Notes under the pieces: model-generated
Seen by the model: only the letters and a program-made list of their open reading frames with translations
Told to the model about the DNA's origin: nothing
The model's database searches: none
Program-made: the position numbers and the translations under genes
DNA from: Thermoproteota archaeon
GTDB taxonomy: Archaea > Korarchaeota > Korarchaeia > Korarchaeales > Korarchaeaceae
Reading direction: 5' to 3'
Assembly: GCA_027491735.1 (NCBI GenBank)
Contig: JAOZGP010000015.1
Coordinates: 1 to 41,657, forward strand
Length of the DNA: 41,657 bases
In this document: piece after piece, positions 9,612 to 19,550 of the stretch
Numbering within the stretch: position 1 is the stretch's first letter
Layout of the letters: each line of letters starts with the position of its first letter

Positions 9612-9680
9612 CCTCCTACCGAGGAATTATTCACCACTGTAACGACAAAAAATTAACTATTTCAGGGTTGAGTTAGGGAG

Positions 9681-9754
9681 CGGCGGGGGTGGGACTCGAA
9701 CCCACGACCTTCCGGTTAACAGCCGGACGCTCTACCTAGCTGAGCTACCCCGCC
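9681..9754 (-). tRNA. tRNA-Asn(GTT)
   Basis: Reverse complement: GGCGGGG TA GCTC AGCTAGGTA GAGC G TCCGG CT GTT AA CCGGA AGGTC GTGGG TTCGAGT CCCAC CCCCGCC G. Confidence 0.98.
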
Positions 9755-9940
9755 GTGAAAAACTGCTGTCCTATCCCCTGCAATCCTAAATTTAAGTGTT
9801 TAGTTCGATGAGAAGTGGAGGTAAGATGTTAATTTAAGAAATTGATAAGATTATAAGATTGATTTTTACAGAGTAATGAGAAAAAGCCTAAAGCCTCGGT
9901 GAGGGGATGAATCAGGGAGGCAGGACTTTTCTTTTAGTTT

Positions 9941-10030
9941 TAATCCCTATCATGACTTTCAGGACGGCGTACACACCTGTAAGCTTTTCTCTTTCCAATT
10001 AGTGCATGTTAGGTCTAGTTGGGAAGGTTG
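9941..10030 (+). repeat. Dispersed repeat, copy 1 (homologous to 40813-40896)
   Basis: Core 9949-10030 aligns by eye to 40819-40896 with 12 mismatches in 78 positions plus one 4-nt gap. Confidence 0.9.
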
Positions 10031-10200
10031 TAGCGAATAGTGAGCACATCGAAGCGATGTTCAAGGCTGTAAAGAAGATAGGATGGAGCAGGGAATGGTA
10101 TTGAGGTTGAAGTTGTGAGGAAATACAGGCAGAAATTTAATGGAAATGGCAGGAATGGGAAGAATGCTGAGGCTGTTAAGCAAAATGTGGAGATGACAGC

Positions 10201-10365
10201 ATGAGAAAGATTCTCATCTCTAAAAGTTACATCCTGCTCAGATCAGGAAATCTGGAATTCTTTGTAGGCAGGAGATACTTCAGAATGCTGAGGGCTGCGA
10301 TAGAGGAGACAGAGAAAATGAGGGATGGAACATCAAGAGTAATTGACCTTGAATTTCAGTTTTAA
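10201..10365 (+). CDS. Small hypothetical protein (54 aa, MRKILISKSYILLRSGNLEFFVGRRYF...)
   Basis: Open ATG-to-TAA frame below the ORF-track cutoff with protein-like composition. Family not recognised. Confidence 0.35.
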   Translation: MRKILISKSYILLRSGNLEFFVGRRYFRMLRAAIEETEKMRDGTSRVIDLEFQF

Positions 10366-10376
10366 ATTTTAGCAAT

Positions 10377-10847
10377 TTACAGCTCCAGCGTTTCTTCAAG
10401 TTTTTTACAATCTTTTTTAACATCGTAGCTATCAAATCCCTCTTCTCTCACTTTTTCAATCAGGTAATCGTCAGCTGCAACGAGCTGAGAGTTACAAGTG
10501 CCGACAGCAGATGGATGGAGTCATCCGCAGAAATATGTCTCTCAAGGATTACCCGCCATGAAGCTTGCACGAGCTGTGAAGTAACGGGAACAAGTACAAG
10601 ACTATCTTTCTTTACAAGCTCCATTGTTTTTTCGAGTATGGTTGCAATTACTGTATCTCTTTCATCGGGATTTATTTCACCTCTTCTGCATTTCCTGTCT
10701 ACTGCTGCGATACTCTCACTCAAAGTCCATTGAGATGTAACAACTACAACCTCTCCTATTTCACAAGCTGCAAAAATCTTGGAGATGGTTTCGCTGCCTG
10801 TCTCCTGAGAAAATTCCTCATGCAGAAGTGTCGAGGTAGATCTTCAT
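10377..10847 (-). pseudogene. PIN-domain (VapC-like) toxin pseudogene
   Basis: Starts MKIYLDTSA then TGA. Continues ETGSETI...TSQWTLSE...ISADDSIHLLSAL, then shifts frame to VAADDYLIEKVREEGF...LEL-stop. Two lesions. Confidence 0.85.
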
Positions 10848-10866
10848 CTTTCCCGCATATCCACTA

Positions 10867-11043
10867 CTATTTTTGATAGAGGCTTGCCTTTCTTGAGAAT
10901 TTCCCTCGTTTTTCCAGATCAGCTCTCTTGAAATCTATGCTGAGCCTGTTAGCAAAATCTTCGATCATCGATACAGCTTCCTCTCTGCTCATCGTGCATA
11001 TTCCAGCTCTGAAAAATCTCTCAGCAAGCCTTGAAGTTGCCAT
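10867..11043 (-). CDS. Putative antitoxin partner of the PIN pseudogene
   Basis: Small ORF (MATSRLAERF...) directly upstream of the PIN gene on the same strand. Start may extend to 11103. Assignment is by position only. Confidence 0.45.
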   Translation of the reverse strand: MATSRLAERFFRAGICTMSREEAVSMIEDFANRLSIDFKRADLEKRGKFSRKASLYQK

Positions 11044-11522
11044 AATGGTATCTATCCGATTATGTTTTAAATAGTTTTGCGGGTAAATCTCAGGCTCGAG
11101 CATTTGTTAAGCATTTTGCCATGGTTAAAAAGCAGATGTCTGGAAAAGTATACGGTGTGAGAAACCCAGTTGATTTGTATGAGGATTGAAGAAGTTATGC
11201 TTAAGGCTTTGAAGATACTCGAGAAGGAGTTAACAGCGAAGGGTTTCTTATCTACCTGCAGGCTATTACCAAAAGATCTGGAGACTCTGTTAAAGAGCTC
11301 AGAGAGAAGACAAAGAACCTAAAGTCTGAATAAGGTCGTTGAGATGTCAAAGAAGTTTGAGGGATGATTTCAATTAGAAGATGGAACATCGCCACCCACT
11401 CCCCCCTAAATCCAAAACTCAAGAATGACAACAGTTTTTAATAAGGGATTGAAGATTTATAACAAAAAGCACGGGATGGTGGCGGATGGTAGAAGTTCTC
11501 GATAACTCTCCTGAAAGAAAGG

Positions 11523-13736
11523 TCACAGTAAATAGCCCAGTGTCAGTTTACCCGTGTCCCTCATGACCGTGGCCCTCAGGGTTTTCTTAACCTCCTCGAA
11601 GTACTGGAGTATCTCGTCTGTCAGGCTTGGTTTCACCTCATCGAGAGCCCTCATGAAGTGTCTCATATAAATCTTCTCGGCATCTGGATTCTCTCTCAGA
11701 GAGTTCAACGCTGCCTCTCTAACCAAAGCGGCGAGATCAGCTCCACTGAACCTCTCAGTTCTCATTGCTAGAGTCCGAAGATCCACGTCATCGGCCAGTG
11801 GGATCTTTCGCGTTAAGACCTCGAGTATCTTGTACCGACCATCTTGATCAGGGGGACCGATGTATATCAGCTTCTCCAATCTTCCCGGACGAAGAATTGC
11901 AGGATCAAGAAGATCGGGTCTGTTTGTAGCTCCTATGACTATGACGTTCTTTAGAGGCTGTATCCCGTCTATCTCAGTAAGCATTTGACTAACAACCCTT
12001 TCAGTGACGCCAGAATCACTGTAGTCCATTCCTCTCCTTGGGAAGATTGAATCTATCTCGTCGATGAAGATGACTGCTGGAGCGACCTGCCTAGCCTTCC
12101 TGAAGATTTCTCTAACAGCCTTCTCGCTCTCCCCCACCCATTTACTCATTATCTCCGGACCTTTAACGCTTATGAAGTTTGCCCCGCTCTCGTTGGCGAC
12201 GGCCTTAGCCAGAAGGGTTTTACCACATCCTGGAGGGCCATAGAGGAGTATTCCCTTGGGGGGCTCAATTCCCATCCTTTTTAACTTCTCTGGTTCCCTA
12301 AAGGACAGCTCGACTATCTCCTGAAGCTCTCTCTTTGCTTCCTCAAGTCCACCTATGTCGCTCCACCTTACATCAGGCAGCTCTATGGATATCTCCCTCA
12401 GGGCTGAAGGTTGCACCATCCTGAGGGCCTCCTCAAAATCCTTCCTTGTCACTTTTAGCATCTCCAAAACCTCTAGAGGTATGGTCTCGGCGTCAAGATC
12501 TATCTGGGGGATGAATCTCCTGAGGGCGGACATGGCTGCTTCCCTCACAAGGGCTGCCAGATCCGCTCCCACGAAGCCGTGCGTTATCTCAGCCAGTTCG
12601 ATGAGATCTACGTCTTCTCCCAGGGGTACATTCCTGGTGTGTATCTGTAGGATCTCTCTTCTTCCCTCCTTATCGGGGATCGGAAGTTCTATCTCTCTGT
12701 CAAACCTTCCAGGCCTCCTCAATGCAGGATCAAGGGCTTCTGGCCTGTTAGTCGCCCCTATCACTACGACTTCTCCTCTGGACTTTAGTCCATCCATCAA
12801 AGATAACAGTTGGGCTACCACCCTTCTCTCAACCTCTCCAGTTACCTCGTTCCTGTTAGGTGCTATGGAGTCTATCTCATCAATGAAGATTATACTGGGA
12901 GCGTTTCTCTCAGCCTCATCAAATATTTTTCTCAGCCTCTTCTCGCTCTCCCCGTAGAACTTGCTCATTATCTCCGGACCGTTTATGCTTATGAAGTTTG
13001 CCCCGCTCTCGTTGGCGACGGCCTTAGCCAGAAGGGTTTTACCACATCCTGGAGGGCCATAGAGGAGTATTCCCTTGGGGGGCTCAATTCCCAAGTGCCT
13101 GAACAGCTCCGGCTTCTTGAGAGGTAACTCGACCATCTCTTTTATCCTCTGTATAGCCTCCTTGAGACCGCCTATATCGCTATAGGTGACGCTTGGGACA
13201 GATATCCTCTCGGCATCTACGGGCTGTTCCTGAATCTCCACGGAGGTGTTGCTTGTTATTTTGCCGTAAGCTCTGGGAGAAGCACTAAGAACGACCAAAG
13301 GAATGAACTTCTGAAAGGTTGGTATGTAGACGACATCTCCCTTGGTGACCGGCTGATCCAGAAGCCTGTTCCTCACCCACCTGGCGAAGTCCGATCCGAA
13401 CTTCATTATTTGTCCCTGGGGAGCTAAAACCACGCGGGTTAGCTCAGGCATCTCCTCCTTTTTTATCCTGACATGTTCTCCGGTCTTGACGCCGGCGTTG
13501 CTCCTCAGAATCTTGTCCATCCTTATTATCCTTGTCTTGTAGTCCATGGGTATTGAGGGCATCACCCTAGCCCTCGTGACCCTCGATCCAGTTATTCTTA
13601 TGTAGGAGCCGCTTCTCAGCCCTGCCTCCTTCATGACCTCCGGGTCTATTCTAACGATCCCCCTTCCGAAGTCTGATTGTTTGAGGATGTCCTCGACTAT
13701 CAACACGAACTCCTTGTTCTTGTCCCTGCTTTCCAT
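11523..13736 (-). CDS. cdc48: CDC48/VCP (VAT) family AAA+ ATPase
   Basis: N domain plus two AAA modules ([30 protein letters not shown]), C-terminal ...LGYLL. Confidence 0.97.
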   Translation of the reverse strand: MESRDKNKEFVLIVEDILKQSDFGRGIVRIDPEVMKEAGLRSGSYIRITGSRVTRARVMPSIPMDYKTRIIRMDKILRSNAGVKTGEHVRIKKEEMPELTRVVLAPQGQIMKFGSDFARWVRNRLLDQPVTKGDVVYIPTFQKFIPLVVLSASPRAYGKITSNTSVEIQEQPVDAERISVPSVTYSDIGGLKEAIQRIKEMVELPLKKPELFRHLGIEPPKGILLYGPPGCGKTLLAKAVANESGANFISINGPEIMSKFYGESEKRLRKIFDEAERNAPSIIFIDEIDSIAPNRNEVTGEVERRVVAQLLSLMDGLKSRGEVVVIGATNRPEALDPALRRPGRFDREIELPIPDKEGRREILQIHTRNVPLGEDVDLIELAEITHGFVGADLAALVREAAMSALRRFIPQIDLDAETIPLEVLEMLKVTRKDFEEALRMVQPSALREISIELPDVRWSDIGGLEEAKRELQEIVELSFREPEKLKRMGIEPPKGILLYGPPGCGKTLLAKAVANESGANFISVKGPEIMSKWVGESEKAVREIFRKARQVAPAVIFIDEIDSIFPRRGMDYSDSGVTERVVSQMLTEIDGIQPLKNVIVIGATNRPDLLDPAILRPGRLEKLIYIGPPDQDGRYKILEVLTRKIPLADDVDLRTLAMRTERFSGADLAALVREAALNSLRENPDAEKIYMRHFMRALDEVKPSLTDEILQYFEEVKKTLRATVMRDTGKLTLGYLL
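12168..12274. repeat. 107-bp perfect direct repeat within cdc48, D2 copy
   Basis: Base-for-base identical to 12987-13093 (offset 819 nt = 273 codons). Confidence 0.95.
12987..13093. repeat. 107-bp perfect direct repeat within cdc48, D1 copy
   Basis: Identical to 12168-12274. Confidence 0.95.
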
Positions 13737-13761
13737 CTGAGCTCTAACTAGGATCTCAAGG

Positions 13762-13780
13762 AGCTAATTTAAAATTAGCT
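13762..13780. promoter_or_regulatory. Palindromic operator overlapping the TATA box of cdc48
   Basis: AGCTAATTT-A-AAATTAGCT is a perfect inverted repeat containing TTTAAA, 26-44 nt upstream of the cdc48 ATG. Confidence 0.65.
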
Positions 13781-13841
13781 TGGATGTGAGGGAACAAGAA
13801 ACTCATTTTTATTGAAGTTATACATAAGAAGGATTCTTTCA

Positions 13842-14963
13842 CTAGGATACCAACGAGGTTATCGCTCTTTTGCCTACCGCCTTCAAATCTCTGAGCATCT
13901 GCGGCATGACGGCCCAGGTGCTGTGAAACACTATCTCCTGAATTCTGTTTGTTATTATTCCCCTTGATATGGCTTGCATGAGCAGAAAATCAAACTCTTG
14001 GTACTTCTCCAGTTTAACCTCATCACTAGCGAGCTCCACTATTTTCAGCGCGACTTTTCGATCCTCTAATCTTTCAGCAAGAGCAGCCTTGCTGGGAAAA
14101 TCTGTTGTAGACCTGGCCTCCTCCACTATCTCTCGGCCCACATCCTCCAGTAATTTTTCAGCCCTATAGGATATCCTGCTCTCTATCTCGAGCAGGGCCT
14201 CTCTCTCATGATCAAAAGGAAGATCTCTCGATACAACTTCCGCTTCCTCGTCAAGATCCGGAAGAATTTCCTCGCGCTCGGTCTCGAGAAAGTCTGAGGC
14301 TTCTAATTTTATCTCGTTCAGGACTTTCCAACGGCTTATATCGATGGGGTCGTCGGGAAGCAGCTCTTCTTCTGATAGAAGCTGCTCTTCATCTCCTCCT
14401 ATAGCGCTTAACACGTCGTTTAGAGAGAAGAAGACAAGTGCTTCTCTGAGAGCGGCTGCTGGATCGTCTGAGGCATGTATTATGTTCAGAACCCTGTTAG
14501 CTCCCTTGAGGTCATATCTTATGTTGCCCTTGCTGCCTACCTCTGGAGTTGTGGGCCCTACAAGTTTCCTCAACTTATCTGAGAGGTGTTCATGCTCCTC
14601 TGGATCACCGACGAGCACCATTGGGATCACTGGCGCCATGCTGAATACCTTGGGCATGATCCACCACGACTCTCGGTACTCCTCCTTGACGAACATGTAG
14701 AGATCATCTATCTCCTCCGACGACATCTTCCTCACAGTCATCAACACGACCTTGAAGCCGTTTTCCCTGAGTCTGGATATCACCTCAGGAGCTAACCCTC
14801 TGAGATATGCTCCTGGCTTTATCATAGCGAAGGAGAATCTAGGCAGCAGCTCTATCTCTCCAGGATCTGCTTCTTCCTCGATCATTTCCATTAATTTCAG
14901 GTAGACGTCTTTCTCGAGAGGATCTTCCCTATCGAAATATGAGAGAGGATCTTTTTCGCTCAT
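13842..14963 (-). CDS. ndk: Nucleoside diphosphate kinase domain protein with long C-terminal helical extension
   Basis: FAMIKPGA, RKLVGPTTP, GNIRYD and NIIHASD (catalytic His). 373 aa against roughly 140-160 aa for a typical NDK. Confidence 0.8.
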   Translation of the reverse strand: MSEKDPLSYFDREDPLEKDVYLKLMEMIEEEADPGEIELLPRFSFAMIKPGAYLRGLAPEVISRLRENGFKVVLMTVRKMSSEEIDDLYMFVKEEYRESWWIMPKVFSMAPVIPMVLVGDPEEHEHLSDKLRKLVGPTTPEVGSKGNIRYDLKGANRVLNIIHASDDPAAALREALVFFSLNDVLSAIGGDEEQLLSEEELLPDDPIDISRWKVLNEIKLEASDFLETEREEILPDLDEEAEVVSRDLPFDHEREALLEIESRISYRAEKLLEDVGREIVEEARSTTDFPSKAALAERLEDRKVALKIVELASDEVKLEKYQEFDFLLMQAISRGIITNRIQEIVFHSTWAVMPQMLRDLKAVGKRAITSLVS

Positions 14964-16942
14964 CTTCTTATCCCCACAACCACAACCTCGCTATATCCGC
15001 TGGTCTTACCGACGAATGCTGTCCTAAAGTAGGTCAACGGAAGGCCGAAGTTCTTGAATGGAGAGAGCGCTATCTTGTACAACGAGGTGTTTAGCAGAGT
15101 GTATGTTGGATAAACTCTGTCTCCCTGAGCGGTGAAGTAGCGCATCGCATCATACCTGAGCCAGTCCCGGACATCTCTCCAAGGATCGTACTTAAACCTC
15201 TTAGCTATCCAGAAGATCGCCTGCCATTTGCCTCCTATTCCAAGGTTGTCCACCTCAGCCGGTATATCGACCACAACGTAGGATGCGTTATAACGCATCA
15301 TCACGTCCAAGAGCTCCTCCTCATCGCCTGAGAAAGCTTTGGCTATTTGTCTTATCTGTGTGCTGTTTATGGTCAGACCGTCCGCCAGCGTGACCCTCTT
15401 CGCCTCCAGCTGAATCCAGTATCCGTAGTCCCACCAGCTCAGAACCACCGCCCCTGGGGAGGTGTTGTTCTTTAACCATCCCAGCGTCTCCCTCCAACCT
15501 TGGTCAAAGCCCAGCACGAAGTCCTGTGAGTAGTTGTATGTGTTGTAGACCGACAGGAAGATCGGCATCGCCAAGAGAAGAGTTATCAGTAGGATAGGCC
15601 ATCTCAAGGTTGATATGATCTTTCCGATCGATCTCGAGGTCTTCCTCGTGGAGAGGAGTCTAGAATACCTTCTTACTCTGATGACCTTGGTCTCGGTGTA
15701 TTCCTGGAGTCTGAAGGTTAAATAAGCCACTCCAAGACCTGAAAGAGGAGCTGCTAAAGGAGGAAGCCTCGCAATGCTCTCAGCAAAGTACAGGCTTGTT
15801 ATAGCGTTCACCAGGATGAGCATTGGTACCTTCTCCCTCCATCTTTCCACAGCCAACAAGGACAGACCTAGAAGAATGGGTATCAGGAGATAGCCGAAGG
15901 TCGTAATTGTTGAGCCTGGCGCATGCTCGGCAACAGTCTCAACCACGTTCCCCTTGGGAAGACTAACTCCAGGAAAAACGACCCTCATCAAACGAGCAGT
16001 CAACGGTCTGTAGACGCCCAATCCGAAGAACACAGCCAAGACCATCACGAAGGCAATCGCTGCTGGAATCCTCACATCCCTTCCCTTGAAATCCCTGTAA
16101 CTCAGAAGGGCATATACCAAGGAAGCTGCCAACACAGCCCAAACAAACGTGGCCTCCATCGCTACATACTCCTTTCTGAACGCTAGGTTTGGAAGTGAAA
16201 AAGAAAGTAGGAGAACGTACAGAGGCGGAATCCCTAGAGCCAGAATATCCCTGAGATCCGCCCTTTTGAGCACTAAAAGTATGGCTAAGACAAGCGGATA
16301 TCCCACGAATAGCTGCCTGAATCCGGCCCAGCTCCCTGCAGCTAAAGCTAGGAACACACCACTGGTTCCAGAAAATATAAGTGCCCTCCACAGTTCACTA
16401 GATCTCATTGCTTTGACTGTCAGGTAGAAAGAGGTCACCATCAGGGGAATGGCCAGCTGCTCGTGCCTGAAGAAGCCTGCTTCAGTTCTCATGACATATG
16501 CCCAGGAGGTCACGGTGGAAAATGCTGTAACGAAAGCAGGCCATCTACCCCAAAGTTCCTTGACCAAGAGGTAGAGCGGTATCGCCACCAAGGGAGCGAA
16601 AAAGGCTGGCATGTACACGACGAACTGATAGAGGGTCATGTGACTCACACTAGATACTATTTTATATAGTAATGCCGATATATAGTAGTGCATATCAGGT
16701 AGGATATCCATTGGATTGTAACTCCATGGATGCCATCCCAGAGGGTTGTAAAGCGGAAGATGCCCATGCTCGACGAGGTACTTCGTCATCCAGTAGTGAA
16801 TTAACGGATCTCCTGTGAGCAGATTGACTCCGTACTTCTTCACTGGTATCAGCCTCAAGAAGGCACCCACCACATATGTTATAATGAGAGCGGAGATATC
16901 GAAGATAGGGCCTCTAAATCCGCCTGAACGAGATCTCTCCAA
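14960..16942 (-). CDS. aglB: Oligosaccharyltransferase AglB (STT3 family)
   Basis: Multiple TM helices, GDPLIH, FRHE, TVAEH and SWWDYG...TLADG motifs. Confidence 0.93.
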   Translation of the reverse strand: MERSRSGGFRGPIFDISALIITYVVGAFLRLIPVKKYGVNLLTGDPLIHYWMTKYLVEHGHLPLYNPLGWHPWSYNPMDILPDMHYYISALLYKIVSSVSHMTLYQFVVYMPAFFAPLVAIPLYLLVKELWGRWPAFVTAFSTVTSWAYVMRTEAGFFRHEQLAIPLMVTSFYLTVKAMRSSELWRALIFSGTSGVFLALAAGSWAGFRQLFVGYPLVLAILLVLKRADLRDILALGIPPLYVLLLSFSLPNLAFRKEYVAMEATFVWAVLAASLVYALLSYRDFKGRDVRIPAAIAFVMVLAVFFGLGVYRPLTARLMRVVFPGVSLPKGNVVETVAEHAPGSTITTFGYLLIPILLGLSLLAVERWREKVPMLILVNAITSLYFAESIARLPPLAAPLSGLGVAYLTFRLQEYTETKVIRVRRYSRLLSTRKTSRSIGKIISTLRWPILLITLLLAMPIFLSVYNTYNYSQDFVLGFDQGWRETLGWLKNNTSPGAVVLSWWDYGYWIQLEAKRVTLADGLTINSTQIRQIAKAFSGDEEELLDVMMRYNASYVVVDIPAEVDNLGIGGKWQAIFWIAKRFKYDPWRDVRDWLRYDAMRYFTAQGDRVYPTYTLLNTSLYKIALSPFKNFGLPLTYFRTAFVGKTSGYSEVVVVGIRR

Positions 16943-16943
16943 T

Positions 16944-17246
16944 TCAAGCCACCTCTATCTGTGCGCTTTTCCTAAGCTGTGCCTCTAGATCTGACTTCAC
17001 TGATGAGAAGATTCTCTTCAAGTTATCTAGAGCTTTAAAGATGACCTCTTCCGGAGAAGAACCTTCCTTGACTCTCACGGCAAGTACCCCCTCCTCCTTC
17101 AAGGGATGGGGAACATCAAAACCAGCAAAGATGACCTCATCCATGTCCTGTAGGAGATCAGTTATGGGAGCCAGGAGTGTGTAGGTCTCTCCCTTAACCT
17201 TGACTGTGATTAGATTTTCCTCCTTCTTCAGAAGCTCAACCTCCAA
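16944..17246 (-). CDS. rpoL: DNA-directed RNA polymerase subunit L (Rpo11)
   Basis: GETYTL...FAGFDVPHPL, conserved context downstream of csl4. Confidence 0.92.
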   Translation of the reverse strand: MEVELLKKEENLITVKVKGETYTLLAPITDLLQDMDEVIFAGFDVPHPLKEEGVLAVRVKEGSSPEEVIFKALDNLKRIFSSVKSDLEAQLRKSAQIEVA

Positions 17247-17252
17247 ACAAGA

Positions 17253-17876
17253 TCACCCTTTCTTTTGACTTGTAAGCGTCCTGATTATGCTCTCCGGATC
17301 TCTTCTTAAGTAATAAATGTTATTCACCTCCTCCACCAGTCCATCCTCAAGTGCCCTATCCAAGAGCTCCAGTACAGGCTCCCCTGAAAGCACAGACGCC
17401 ACAATCATGACGTCCCTGACATTTCTCTGAGCTATTATGGGCCGAGCTTCATCCAGTACCTGCCTAAGCTCGAGAACAATCTCAACAAAGTCGTCTTTGG
17501 CAATGGTCGTAATGAACAGATCCTTCTTCCTGGTTATCTTGCTGCCGAGTGCTGAGACAACCTTCTCTATAAGGTAAAGGGGAACTCCAGGCCCTATCTC
17601 CTGAACCCAGGTTACTGGATACCTCTTGTACCTGCCCCCGCTGCTCCTTGTCAAGTAGAAGTCTCGATAGGCTACCCTTATTCTTCTGATCAGTGAGCTT
17701 GCTTCCTTAGCATCTCCAAAAATGTTTACAACAAGCTGTCCTCCTTTCTTGAACCTGTAGGAGTAGCAAACACTCTCCAGCTTCTTCTCCAGGTATTCCA
17801 AGAAATCCTCTTCATCCCCCTTATCTATCTTCAGGGTTACGGTCCTCTTGACGACGTACCCCACGGTGTCTACCAT
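17253..17876 (-). CDS. Conserved archaeal protein, likely DUF2067 family
   Basis: Size and position between csl4 and rpoL match the known gene order. Family inferred mainly from context. Confidence 0.6.
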   Translation of the reverse strand: MVDTVGYVVKRTVTLKIDKGDEEDFLEYLEKKLESVCYSYRFKKGGQLVVNIFGDAKEASSLIRRIRVAYRDFYLTRSSGGRYKRYPVTWVQEIGPGVPLYLIEKVVSALGSKITRKKDLFITTIAKDDFVEIVLELRQVLDEARPIIAQRNVRDVMIVASVLSGEPVLELLDRALEDGLVEEVNNIYYLRRDPESIIRTLTSQKKG

Positions 17877-17882
17877 AGAGGA

Positions 17883-18431
17883 TCACTTTTCCTTGAAGGG
17901 ATTCAGACCGTAGAGATCGCTTATCTTCCTGTCTAAATAAACTTTCTGACATGCAGGACATATGAGGGCGTAGCCCACCTTGTTTAATTTTTTGTGACAT
18001 TCTGTGCACTCAGCTCTTATTACGCCGAGCTTTGTCGAACCGGCTAGGGATATGAAGAGATCGCTACCAGTGTTTAGAACGACTTTGGCCATCACTATGT
18101 CTCCAGGCAGTGCTCCTCTGTTTTCTGGAACTCTCTTGGGCATTATCGCAAGTATGGAGGACTTCAAACGGGATCTCGAGGGTCCCCACAGGAAGAAAAT
18201 CTTTACAGAGGACTGGCTCCTCTCCGACTCCCAGACTTTGCCTATCACAAGAGATCCCGGATTTAAGGGAAGATCAGTTTTCTTGAAGGGAGAGACATAG
18301 GCTTTATGGTTCTGAACATCTAGCCTACCGAGAAGGCAGGAGACTATCCGTCCATCCACAACAAAAGTGCCTCCTCCCGGCAGGTATTGTTCTATGACAC
18401 CCACAACCTCCCCAGGGATGACAACCTTCAT
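17883..18431 (-). CDS. csl4: Exosome RNA-binding subunit Csl4
   Basis: VIPGE..G....YLPGGG N-terminus, S1-like [18 protein letters not shown]...C..C...RKIS Zn ribbon. Confidence 0.92.
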   Translation of the reverse strand: MKVVIPGEVVGVIEQYLPGGGTFVVDGRIVSCLLGRLDVQNHKAYVSPFKKTDLPLNPGSLVIGKVWESERSQSSVKIFFLWGPSRSRLKSSILAIMPKRVPENRGALPGDIVMAKVVLNTGSDLFISLAGSTKLGVIRAECTECHKKLNKVGYALICPACQKVYLDRKISDLYGLNPFKEK

Positions 18432-19042
18432 CCGATCACCCTGTAAAGCTCGACCTCGACAACATATTTTCTTTTTTTATGAAAATCATACATTTGTGGT
18501 ATGATCAAGGGCATCCTCGCCAACAGCTCCAGACGGGCACCAAGTGAAGAGACCTTCTTACCTATAAAAGGAAGATTTCCAGCTTTATGTATTGAATAGA
18601 CGACCTCGGCGCATTTTATTGCCTTCTCCAGAAAGAGAATATCCATATGTCTGATCTTCGTGCCGAACGGCGGATTCTGGATCACGGTATCGATATGGAG
18701 ATCTAGGGAGAGGACATCTCCCCTGAAAAATCGCACGTTCATCAGACCGAGCCTCCTAGCATTCCTCCAAGCTGTTGAAATACATGAGGGATCTATATCA
18801 ACGCCTATCACCTCGGAGGCTCCCAGAAGGGCTGCGGCTATTCCAAGTATGCCATTACCACATCCGAAGTCGGCAACAGAGCGATCTTCTATGTCTCCAT
18901 GAAGGAAAGCCTCATTTACAAGAAAAGCAGCTATGCTGGGAGGAGTTACATATTGCTCTAGCTCTAAAATATAATTAGAGGTTACTTCCAGATCCTGAAG
19001 GGTGATCTCTAAACTCTTCTTGTCAAGCGGCCTCCTTTTCAC
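18428..19042 (-). CDS. METTL5-family N6-adenine RNA methyltransferase
   Basis: LEQYVTP, DFGCGNG, QNPPFG, VYSIH and FHKK motifs. Confidence 0.92.
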   Translation of the reverse strand: MKRRPLDKKSLEITLQDLEVTSNYILELEQYVTPPSIAAFLVNEAFLHGDIEDRSVADFGCGNGILGIAAALLGASEVIGVDIDPSCISTAWRNARRLGLMNVRFFRGDVLSLDLHIDTVIQNPPFGTKIRHMDILFLEKAIKCAEVVYSIHKAGNLPFIGKKVSSLGARLELLARMPLIIPQMYDFHKKRKYVVEVELYRVIG

Positions 19043-19544
19043 CGCCTATCCTCTCTATGATTATCTTGGTCATGTGTGGAAGTTTTAGCTTACCTATCTT
19101 TACAGCTCCCTTTGCTATCTCAAGATATGGCTCCGCAACCCTCAAGATGAGTAAGGTGTCTCCCAGCATCACACGCGCAGCCCTTCCATCCGGCTTCCCG
19201 AAGGCCAGCCGCATACCCTTCTGTAAACGCTCTGCCTTGTGAACCCCCGCTAGGGCGTGTTTTCTTAGGACGTGATGTGGGTAGGGAACTATTTGAAAGA
19301 AGTAGAACTCCTCCGGTATGGACTTCCTGATCTGAGCTAAAACACTTGTTCGAGCTGCCTCCAGCGCGTTGCTCTTGACTTGAAAGCTGGCAGTGGCCAC
19401 GATCCTGAGCTCGTAGTCAAACCTCCCCCTTTGATTTCCATGTGTGAACTTAGATATCTTGCTAGGAGGGTAGCTCCTCATGTACTCTCTCCTGGTATAG
19501 GGCCTCTGAAGAGCTCTATAATTTCTTCCAGGTCTAGTCGACAC
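19023..19544 (-). CDS. rpl10e: 50S ribosomal protein uL16 (L10e)
   Basis: RPGRNYR, YTRREY, ALEAAR, YPHHVLR and [14 protein letters not shown]. Confidence 0.96.
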   Translation of the reverse strand: MSTRPGRNYRALQRPYTRREYMRSYPPSKISKFTHGNQRGRFDYELRIVATASFQVKSNALEAARTSVLAQIRKSIPEEFYFFQIVPYPHHVLRKHALAGVHKAERLQKGMRLAFGKPDGRAARVMLGDTLLILRVAEPYLEIAKGAVKIGKLKLPHMTKIIIERIGGEKEAA

Positions 19545-19550
19545 AACACC

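Larger units (their letters stand above)
9780..11470. mobile_element. AT-rich decayed accessory island (toxin-antitoxin remnants)
   Basis: Visibly lower GC than the flanks, short broken ORFs, a PIN pseudogene, adjacent to a tRNA. No integrase seen. Boundaries approximate. Confidence 0.6.

Noticed and set aside
10818-10820. In-frame TGA in the PIN gene as selenocysteine
   Set aside because: The downstream coding sequence is in another frame and a second frameshift exists, so this is a pseudogene lesion.
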